A DNA stretch of 64,000 nucleotides from Magallana gigas. Taxonomy: Eukaryota. Shown piece by piece: positions 53,361-64,000 of the stretch. The notes under the pieces are model-generated. The model did no database searches. It saw nothing but the letters and a program-made list of their open reading frames with translations, and was not told the origin of the DNA. The stretch lies in NCBI RefSeq assembly GCF_963853765.1, contig NC_088860.1, positions 2,170,001 to 2,234,000 of the forward strand, written 5' to 3'. Made by a program: the position numbers and the translations under genes. The stretch's first letter is position 1, and each line of letters starts with the position of its first letter.

Positions 53361-55864
53361 ACATATTGCCAGATTTATGAAAACTTTATTTGTTAACCTG
53401 AGATTTATTCCTGAAACCTGAATAGTTTGAATGTTGCATAGATTAGTGTATGGCTCTCTATACATAAACTACATATTATATGCTTTCGTCGTTCAAGATA
53501 ATCTGTGATGCCCTGTTTTAGCGTATAAAGAGTTTGCCAGGAGAAGACCAGAACAGATGAACAACCCCGAGTCGCCATTTTACTTAGGAGTTTCAAAGCA
53601 CCCTGAAAAAGCTTGGTATGTCAACCAACCAATGGGAAAGAATACGATTGGCAACATTGTGAAGGTCACGTGTAAGGCAGGGGGAATCCAAGGAAGAAAA
53701 GTTAACCACAGTGCAAGGACGACAGCCATTAGTTCCCTAGTATATGCTGGTGTCCCCCCCCCCCCCAACCATAATTCAGCAGCTGTCCGGCCATAAGAAT
53801 GTTAACTCTATTAATAATTACAGCACTGCCTCCAATGAAAAACAGAGGCACATGTCTTCTATTTAATTCTTACAAACTATTCATCTAGTTGCTCGGAACC
53901 ACCAGTCACAGCATTCGACAGTTCCTCTTCATCCCTTGATAAATATAGCTCAGCTCTGCCGTCCACCAGTGTGGTGCCTTCATCAAACACTGACGACATC
54001 ATTCATCAAACACTGACTGAAATAAGTTCTTATGAAAATCAACCCATAATGAAAGAGCATGTCTTTGGCAATTTTAGGGGGGGGGGGCAATATTTCTGGC
54101 AATATTATAATTAACTTCTCTTCCAAACAACCAAAATCCCTTAAGAGATGTAGAGTCATCTACAGTGATTCAGAGTCAGATTAAGAAAAAGGAACTAGAT
54201 CTGTGATATCTTGTAAATATGTTCAAATATTAAAATTGAAGTTGTGTTATAGATATAACTGTGATATTTTCTTTGTTATAAAATTTGTTATTGTCCAAAA
54301 ATATGAAAGATTATTTGTGTTCAAATTGTCTGTTAAGTTTACCAGTAATGTGTTAAATTTTGTATTTATACATGTATCATATTGTTAAAAATGAAATTTG
54401 AATCATTTATGTTCATAAGAAAAAGGAACTGCGTCTGTTATATCTTGTAAATATGTTCAAATATTAAAAGTTATGTTGTTTTATAGCTATAAATGTGATA
54501 TTTTTTTTGTTTTTAAAGTTGTTTATTGTTAAACAATTTGAAAGATTATCTTTGTTCAAATGATCTCTTAAGTTGCTGTTTGTTATAATCGTGTTACATT
54601 TTGTCTTTATACATGTATCATATTGTACAATGCCTTTTTAATCACTCAGATCCAGAACAGCTGTCGAACTGCGCAGGTACAGACTTATTTGAAGATTTAA
54701 AAATCTGAAAAAATATGAAGGGGGCTCTTAAAAATGAAATATTATTGATGTCCATATTCTCTGTTTTAAGTTGTTGTTATTAAACAAACTAAATTGTTAA
54801 TCTAAATTGTTTTTGTTTTCTGTATGTTAGTCAGTATGTAATGAATATAATAATACATGCCCTTCGGCCCTCCGGCTGATATTGGAATCTCTGGCTGATA
54901 CAGGGTGTGATATGGAAAAGGGTATGTAATATTCTCTATGTATTGATAACTGTTGAATTCAATATCTAAACCACCGAGCTTGTTGGGCAAGTAAGTAACA
55001 GCCAACCAAAGCATTAGCCATGATGAACCACTAAGTATGAGTGATAATTTTGCAGAAAGTAACACTTTTTTATACTGAATGTTATTTATATTCCAAAATA
55101 TAGTCACCTTATTACTTGATACATGAAATAAATTATAATGATTATTAATTATTCTTCATTATTAATCGTCAATGAGATACAGTCATTTGGAGGCATTTTG
55201 AATCGCATCGCGACCATCGGACGTTTGAAGTGTCATATGATATGTATTAAAATAAAAACTACCTTATAGTCATACGTCATCAATTTAAGTTAGAATAGAA
55301 AAATATCATTCATTAATATTAATTATAATTCTTTTTTCTTTGCTTAAATTAATGGAGGAAATTTGTCAAAAACACTGTTGAATATTTTTCATTTATGCTG
55401 TGGCATATGTGACCTCGAAAGAAATTGTGTGAACTGTGTGTTGACAAATCGGCAATTTTATATGTTTCAAGAACTGTAAAGATTTTTTACAAAAACAATC
55501 AAATGTAGACCCAATTCATGCATTTTCAACCCTCTTCATTTGGGGTATATAAAATCAATATCAAAAATATTATTTCTGTCGTAATGTTTTGTGCCAGTTA
55601 AGCTACTAATTTGAAATGATACAGAGTGACCCGCAATATATTACTGCTGTGATGTCGTAAGAACTACTGTCAAAATCGCTACATCAAAGATTGAAATATT
55701 TTGTGACAGTGACAAATTAAGATATGCTTCCTTCAGTGACGTTTAAGCTGTTTTCCTTACATAATATCCTTTCTATTTATATCAAACAAGTAAATATAAA
55801 CACGCGATTTACATATTTTGTAACTACATTGTAAAAAGAGATTCGGAAAACCTTAATTACTAAT

Positions 55865-56519
55865 ACTGTGCCGGATAATTATGCCAGTGCCAAGGTGGCA
55901 TTTTTGCACCCGCTTAAGATGCAATTTCGGAAAAATCCATGTATACCAAATGATAGACCATTATCTTAAGAGTATAAAACCACTTTTGTATTTAGTGTGT
56001 TTCACCTGATAGGTGAGATATTTACCTTTAAAAATTAATATCCCATCGGAAAATGATAATTCCCATAGGAGAATTGGCTCTCCTACAGGAAATATTGACA
56101 ATCCTATAGGATTTTTTAAAAGTCCTGTAGGAATTATATTTCCTGTAGGAGAATGGTAATTCCTGTAGGAATTTGATTCAGACATGTAGTTTTCCTATAG
56201 GATATTAAGTTTTCCTATCGGATTTTATCAAATCCTATCGGAATTGAAATTCCTTTAGGAAGTTATTGTATTCCGATAGGAAATTTCAAATTATCTATAG
56301 GAATATTGATTTTCCTATGGGAAAAATTATTTTCCAATAGGAATTTATTTTTGAAAGGTAGATATCTTACCTGACAGGTGAGATACACTGATAACAAAGG
56401 TGGTTGTTAACTCTTTAAGCAATGGTCTACCATATGGCATATTTGAATTTTTCGATATATGCAGCTTAAGCGGGTGCAAAAATGCCACCTTGGCACTGGC
56501 ATAATTATCCGGCACAGTG
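55865..56519. mobile_element. ACTGTGCCGG MITE upstream of cassette 3
   Basis: About 55-bp TIRs; same family as 35257-35882. The equivalent site is empty in U2 (near 32430). Confidence 0.8.
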
Positions 56520-57277
56520 TTTATAAATAACTGCAGATTTCCGTCTTCGGCCTATATTTATCAATTATATCAGCTTTCAAATTGGCTTCGGGCCGACATT
56601 TTTTCATCAATTTATTCAGTTTTTATTTAAAGTAAATGGACAAAAATGTAAAAGTCACATTATCTATCGTTATATTTCTTATCCATGAGTGGAAATTTAA
56701 GTTTAAAAATATCATTATTTATACGATTATATCACTGTGGTGAGGAAAGCGGAAACGGGCAATATGGTGGTTGCAAACATTCAGAAATAGACAGTACGAC
56801 AGTGACAGTTAACTTAAGTAATTCTATGCCATTTTATGATTCTAATGTGTTCTTTTTTTTACATTCACGTTCTCTATGTAAGAAAAATTTCAATAACGTA
56901 AACAATAAAATATTATATTTTGACATTTCCCTTTCCTTTTAATTACAAGTGAAAATGTTAGGAACCATCACCATATCTGAAGTTAAAAAACGTTTAATTT
57001 TAGGATTATTGCTTATCAAAATTGATACAAAGTACATCTATCTAGGGAGTATTGTTTAAATTAAACTAATCTATCTGAGAAAGGACGAAATGGCACTTAA
57101 TGCACTTCCCCAATCACATGGCTTAATATGACAATGGTTTAAAGTATCCCCAGATCGTTTCAATGATTACTACATGTATATATGAAAACACTTATGGTAA
57201 AACGGAAAAACAATATACAACAATTGGCTCAGCCATTTAAGCTGAGGATTTTGGATAAAATACACCATGACAAAACA

Positions 57278-60200
57278 ATGTCTGGTGTAGTTTTGTTTTT
57301 AATTTTCTGCGTTTTCTGTCCTGGGAGTGTTTATCTTTCGTCGAAGATAGGAATTTGTTCGTAAGTTGTTTTCTTAACTTTACTCTTTTAACGTGTTTTT
57401 ATTTATTACCAAAACCAAGTCAGCAACAATAAGCAAAACTGTAACACGTATGAATATCTACGTGTTAATTCAGCAACAAGGCCGGGCTTACCAGTAACGC
57501 TAATGTAACACTGATATATACGAAATTTTTGTCCACAGATGATTTGCATATAATTTCATTGTTAAGCTTTCTAACCTGATATAGGAAGTCTTTAATCGCT
57601 GTACATTATAAGTCATTTAATTATGTAAAATGTCTGTACATATATTCTCCGAGATCATTTTTCGGGTCAAATTAAATTGTTCCTTATCTTCTTCCTTATA
57701 TGTACACATTCAGAAGCAAAGGTTCCGTCATCTGATCGCAAAAATAAATCCTTCTTTCTTTTTTAGAAATTCTCCTAAAAGTTTGAGAATTCATAATGTA
57801 ATAATTTCAAAATGTAAAATTTAAATACACGGGTACATAAATGAGTCAATGTGTCACAATTTGGAAAAATTGTCAATGTATTGAATACTACAGGTCTATA
57901 ATATATGTTCTCTTTATGATTTTAGTCTTTAACATGTAATTTCTGTTTCAAATTGACTGTATATTGTCTTTGATTTTTTTTTATAAATTAAATTGACAAT
58001 GATAAGTTCAAGTTCCTTAGGATTTCTTTGTACATTTGTTTAGTGTTAATTGCCTATGAAACGAACGAAATTTTGAAATATATCTGGAACATATTTGCAG
58101 TATCCTAATGACTGACAGTGTAAATATACCGACTTTTATGATATGAATCAATTTTCAGAAAAAACAATTCTGCCATCAAGTGTTGTAATAATTACAAGTT
58201 GGACGAAAAAGGAACCGGGTGTGTCGGTGAGTGACGTGCATTTCTGACTAATTCAATAATTTGGACATTGCCCAGTTTAATATTTACTTACCAATTCTTG
58301 TTATTGACCTTTATTGTGAGTAAACGTTGATGAATTAATTAGTATGTGCAAAAGTCTCCCTAAATCATAAGAGGGGTCGATTCGTGTGACCACCAGTTTA
58401 ATCTATTTGACCTGACTATTCAACATTTATAGCTTATTCAAGATGTATGGATTTTTTTTCTTTACTAAATAATAGTTTATGGCAATAAATCTCGTGTCTA
58501 ATAATTTAAGGTAGTTATAATGTCAATTGGTAATATGTTGACCAGCTAGCTTCCTTAAAATTGTGTGGTTATTGCTTACCTAAAAGTGTTCCCGACTCTT
58601 TGCAGTGTGTGACCCTGGGTACTTCGGAGACTGTAATGCGCCGTGTCCTCCAGGCCGGTATGGTCAACTTTGTGAAAAAGAATGTCTGTGTCAGGTCCAA
58701 CAGGAGTGTCATCACGTGACAGGCTGTGTGGATGGTAAGGGAGAGTGGATGATACCATCTGTGTTTATATAATATTTATATGTCTATTATTTGTGATAGT
58801 TCACATAGATTTACATTGTTTTATTTTTATGGTAAGAGTAAGCGTACGATGTCATTTGTATTTGTTTTTTGTACATACTTGCTCGGTGTGTGACAATCCG
58901 CAGATATTCATAGAGAGCTGTTTTATTCAATAGAAGCATGAAGTCAAATATGAAATATTCACAAGAGTCCTTTCTTATTTTTACATTTACTCGAAGAATT
59001 TTCATTATCTACTGCTCAAAGTTTTCGAAAAAATAGTTTGATAAGAAACAGCTACACGTATTTGATAAGAGTGTAACAAACTATTTACTATACTCACTTA
59101 ATTCTGGTTGACTGTTTCATAGTTTGTTTATACTTTTTCAGCCTATTGATAGCTTAAGTGTGATTAGATGTAAGATCTATACCCAGTCTTCCGTTTTGCA
59201 TTCTTTCAAAGAAATCAAATTAGTAACATTTTCTTCTTCTAACAACATGACAATTTATTAATCCTTAAATTTAAATTAAAAATGTGGTTTATTACTCATT
59301 CACCAGGAAATTAATATCGATATTTATAGAATTAGATATAATTTCCCGTTTATCTTGTTTTTCTGATGAAGTTACGTATAATGAAAATTATTACTTATTG
59401 ATATGGACCTTATTGATACCATCTTAATTTTTGTTGCAGTCATCACCCAAACATCGGCTTCGTCGGGAGGGAATTGTACGTCGTAAGTATGTTGATATTA
59501 CTCGTAGGTTAAAGAATATGGCGTTACACAAAAGTTTTCCAGAGTAATGGTTGATATATATCACACTTCCGTAAGCATTGTGTATATATAACATTGTAGT
59601 TGATTCTTTGTCACTAGCACACGTATGTAGGTATAACTATATGTTACCTACAGCCTTGAACAGAGAAACGCTCACCCTTGCAAATAACACCATTAAATTA
59701 ATGGGTTTTTTCAACGAGACGATATTTTTATCCGAAGAGATAATGACTTGAGATTAGAATATTAAATCGTGGAATGACATTAACCACTGTGCTAGTCTAC
59801 ATAAAGCAAACGCTTCAGCGTTCAAACATTTATATTTTGATGGAAACTGTAAAATGCCTTCTAATTTAATGATATGTTATTTTGTAGGGAAAGTAAGAGT
59901 GGATGCTGTATTAATTTCCACCTGGACAATATCACCAACACTTGCATAGGTATAACTCAAATACATTTAATCATCTTTCACTGAAATCAAAAACAATTTG
60001 AGAGGTGCAAAATACTATCAGAATAACAATACATGTTTTTGTTAAAAGAATCTGGAAGAAAACAAACAAAAATGGTGAATTCTATTCCATTTTTTATTTA
60101 GCGTGTGATGATGGATGGTACAACGAAGATTGTCGTGACCGGTGTCCGTATCCTTTCTATGGACATAAATGTGGATCCACGTGTGACTGTATTAATGAGA

Positions 60201-63200
60201 CTTGTAACCACGTGACTGGGTGTAATTCATCTAAGACAACAATTGACAGAGAAAGTATAGCAATTTGTTATGATTAGGAACATGTCTTTTCGCTGAGCCC
60301 TTATCCCAATCATTATATCAGTTGTAACTATAGACGTAGTACTATATCCACAGAGTTCCTCTCTTAACCATATGTTACATATGTTTCCTCGTCATACACA
60401 CATGTTGGGCTATGCGTAGTTTTTTTTTTTATTTCAAAGTTTTAACATACCATTTCCCGTTTCTGATTTCTCTAAATTTTTTTAACGAGAATGAAAATAC
60501 TGGGTGACCTCGGCTGTTCAGAAAGCAGTTCTAATTTGGCCTATTTTAAGCAAATTGCCTTTTGTAAAGGAAAATCCGGTCTGACAAGCTCCATGCTTTG
60601 TCATAACGATCCCAGCGTATTCATGTTTTTACATGGTACTGTACATGTAGGTAGAGTATATTGTGGGGGGGGGGGGGGTTAAAAATTATATTGAGATCTC
60701 GTCTAAGTGTTTGGTCCCCGGGCCTGCATTCGTCTTAAGACAACTTTTTAATTGTCAGCTTAATAAGCTTGAAAATATTAAGTTACCAAAATTAGTTTAT
60801 TACAAATAGCATTTGCTTTCTCTATCAATATGGAAAAAAAGAATTTATTATTAATTTTTTGTTTTATAAATATGCTCACAATATGTGTTTACTAAATTAT
60901 TAAACATATTCCAAGATAATCATACTGATTAATGACACTTTTAATAGTCTTCACTGCAAATTTCCTTTAGTAATTAATGGAAAAAATCGTTAAATGATGT
61001 CCCTTTTCTAGAAATAGTTGTGTAATTCTAATAGCTAGATACTGAAGCTACTAGTAACTGCAATGGGCGGTATATCCATGGCTGAATAACAACATTATAA
61101 TAGCTGGTTATGCTTACCGATACAAATATTAGATAAAAATATCAAAATGGTGCATGATCATAAGATCAGAATATGTTAATTTGACTAATCACTACACGAC
61201 ACGAGTATCTGGTAAGGTCCTGTTATTGCTCAGTGAATCTTTGAAGGTCTGATCATCGAAGGGCCGGAGAAAGTTTTGGATTTTTAATCACTGAATGAAT
61301 ATTTGTTACTTATAAACTTAATGACTGCATGGACATCGTTTCTTTTAATCATTAATATTTATTAATATTGCAATATCTCATCGTGAAATGTTACCTTTTG
61401 AACACAAACTTTGAAATGTTCCCCCAAAAGACAAGACACAGCTCTTTTGAAACGGGCAAGATTTTTAGAAACTCTTAATATTTTTAGGATAATACTATTT
61501 ACGTTAGCATTATGTCTTTATTGAAGCTGATTCCAACTTAGATCCCAGAACGATATGGATCATTGTCAGTATCAGTGTAGGTGTGATGTTAATAGTGGTG
61601 GCCATAGGAGTCATCTGTCGATGTGCATTTAGGTGAGTCGTCTTGAAAACTTAACATATTCTACACAAGTTGTTTTTCTCAAGTGGACTGAGACATCATA
61701 AGAATTCCCGATGGATCAATATTTGGGGATTGCGTGGGTATCCCTAATTCATTATTGTACATCTTCGAATTCCACGAATGATGAATTTGATCTTGTTGGT
61801 TTTATTTTTTGTTTTTTCTTGCGGGTACTAATTTTGTTTAAAATTTGTATTTTTTTCCTTCTGATAAGTTACTAATAGTCTAAAAATTCTCCTCTTTTTC
61901 AGTAAATCTGGAATCGACTATCAACCTAAACATATACAGAGTAAGTAGAGGCGCGGTGTTTTTCTAAATCGTTCTAATAAAATGCAACTGCTACTTGTTT
62001 AACTTTCTAGATCATATTCAAATTCTCCTAGATGATATCACGCGCAAGCGCGGGAAATAACACTTTTAACATTAATATGATACAATGCTTAATATATTAA
62101 ACAGTATAGTTTGTTCATCTGTGTATTAACCGTCTCACAAACTTGTCTTAATTGCTTTCTTAACCTATTCTTTAAAACTGAAATAATGAAACAACTGCAT
62201 GCCAGCTAATATTGGCTGGCCTTTAAGAGGAGCGGGCAGAGTTGAAAAATTTAAACTGGATTGGATGAGATATTCATGTATATGGCTTTAATTGTTTTTG
62301 TTGCAACTGACAGGAAAAAATTAAGAATTATTTTCTTTTTTAATTTCAAACATGGGATTGGGTATTTAGTGCTTCGCATCTCTAAATTTGGTTCTTTATG
62401 GTAAATTGTACTATAATATTTAATCACTGTTCCGAATACAAATTTTAGAGAAAAGGCTGTTGCGATGCATCAATACATCATTTATTCATATAGACATATA
62501 GACGCAGGGCACAATCTGTTCATTGCAATTGTTTACAAATGAATGCAAAAGGTGTACTTCCAATTTGTTGTGGTATAAAATGTATGAAATTTAAAAACGC
62601 TAGTCTGTGCATGTAAATTTTATTGACTGCAAACATATCCATTATTCGCATGAACCATCGGGGTTGGCTAAATTGTATGTCGTTTGCCCAGGTCTTAGTC
62701 ATTAAAGTAGTTTTAAAGTCCCCTACCGTTGAAACATTCGGACATCCTCTGTGTCTGCCCTCTTTCTGACAACCAGTCCGTTCGTACTTGGTATGAAATA
62801 GATATTGTGTTACTGTTACTGTTTGATACTTTAGATGTAGCTTGTAATCGGAAAGCGACAGTATAATGTGGATGATAAAAAATTGATTGAAAACGGCTCG
62901 GTTTTTTAGATCACGTTCGTCCTACACGAATTTCAAAGTTTTGGAACATGGTGTTCATTTCTAATCGCAAAAGCAGTTTTATCTATCTATTAGTACTATT
63001 GCAATCATAAGCACAGAGTAAGGTTACTTTATTTTGCTTATAAAATAATAAAGGACTTGTTTCCCTGTCTCTTTGGATATTGAATTGGAGATTTTATCTT
63101 TAATAAAAATTTCAAATTTCCAGATTCGACCCGGCGACAACAAGCATCTTGTGAGAACGATAGTTCGGTTAGAAGACATTGTGACTCTGAGCAGCCATTG

Positions 63201-64000
63201 TGTCACCAAGAGCCCGACTGTGGGACTCCAAGTGACTTCTACACTGACAACTCGGAGAACCCGTATGCACAAATCACAGACACCGCCAGACTCATGCCAA
63301 GAACTAAGCACACACCGAAGGAGGTGCCCATACCCCAGGCCCCGCTGTCTCGGAGTATGCCAGGCTCCAAGTGCGAGGAAACCATACCATACGATGTACT
63401 CAGTTTAAAAATCGGAAGCGTGAGTGATTTAAGTTCCTGTGATTGGTCGGCACCAACTGCGCATTGGAGCAAAACGTGCGCCCCGCCTCCTGTAGTTAAA
63501 AACAAACCTCTTCCACCATTGAAACGAAAAAGTTTTCTTTTTCCGGATGACTCTTCTGGATATCTGGAAGAGAAATACGTCACAGGTCCCAGCAGGTCCA
63601 GTGAAGCGGAAATAAAGAGCCTCCCTACCGCTCCCCCTCCGCCGACAAAAATCCACCAAAATGGAGAAATCGGGTCAACCAAACCTGCAAAGAAATTACC
63701 AACTCCGCCCAAACGAACAGTCACTCTAGTGAAGAAACCTGATAAGGTACCAAGAAACCCACCAATGCCACCCAAAAAACCACCCAAAAAATCCTTTGTA
63801 TACGCAGGCAGCAGTGACAATGGGGATCCCGCCATTCCTAATGGAAGCGCAAGTATGCAACATGAAAGTACAGCCGAAAAGAAATCAAAAACAGCTCACT
63901 TTATGCCCAACACTGTACTAAGGAGAGAAAAGTCCTTGAAGGCTAACTTACAGAAGGATGCCCTGAACAAACGGAAAACCAACGGCAAGTCGTACAACTT
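57278..64000 (+). CDS. Type I membrane receptor, MEGF10/CED-1/SCARF-like (exons 57278-57360, 58159-58226, 58606-58734, 59440-59482, 59888-59949, 60102-60254 or 60102-60221, 61542-61632, 61903-61940, 63124 to beyond 64000)
   Basis: GT-AG junctions in consistent phase. Signal peptide, two CC-loop plus EGF-like modules, TM segment IWIIVSISVGVMLIVVAIGVIC, juxtamembrane SKSGIDYQPKHIQ, and an 877-nt stop-free Pro/Lys-rich last exon. At least about 500 codons. Additional small exons cannot be excluded. Confidence 0.85.

Larger units (their letters stand above)
50737..53860 (+). pseudogene. Second copy of the Crypton-type tyrosine recombinase fossil
   Basis: Near-identical to 14933-17400, with the same TGA stops and the same TA-flanked insertion (51633-52622), plus an extra 650-bp insertion. 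Confidence 0.85.
37670..60865 (+). repeat. Segmental duplication unit U3 (about 23.2 kb)
   Basis: Collinear with U1, plus a Gypsy element, a LINE tail and a 650-bp TIR element. Similarity to the other units fades near 60865. Confidence 0.9.

Noticed and set aside
5395-60865. Whole array as an assembly artefact from uncollapsed haplotypes
   Set aside because: Three collinear units carry distinct private insertions and patchy divergence, which is more than two haplotypes could supply. Long-read confirmation is still advisable.
63239-63835. 198-aa Gly/Phe-rich minus-strand ORF and other short ORFs at 63024-63659
   Set aside because: These are shadows of the Pro/Lys-rich plus-strand exon, which has proper splice sites and phase.

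Overview
AT-rich eukaryotic genomic DNA. The gene family and repeat content suggest a marine invertebrate, most like an oyster-type bivalve (inference). The window is mainly a tandem segmental duplication with three units of about 18.3, 14.0 and 23.2 kb (junctions near 5.4, 23.65, 37.67 and 60.87 kb). Each unit ends in the 5' half of a plus-strand gene for a MEGF10/CED-1/SCARF-like cysteine-rich receptor. I reconstructed four ectodomain cassettes: a partial copy 0, two complete and splice-intact six-exon cassettes (copies 1 and 2), and copy 3. Only copy 3 is followed by a transmembrane exon, a short juxtamembrane exon and a long Tyr/Pro-rich cytoplasmic exon that runs off the window. This many-variable-cassettes, one-constant-tail layout is the strongest candidate for an undescribed system. 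The window also holds a gag-only Gypsy-like element whose short LTR contains a tRNA-like Pol III cassette, a young but internally deleted Gypsy element, two copies of an intron-containing Crypton-type tyrosine recombinase fossil, a truncated LINE tail and many MITE-like insertions that differ between units. Exon models and identities were worked out by hand; no transcript or database evidence was available.
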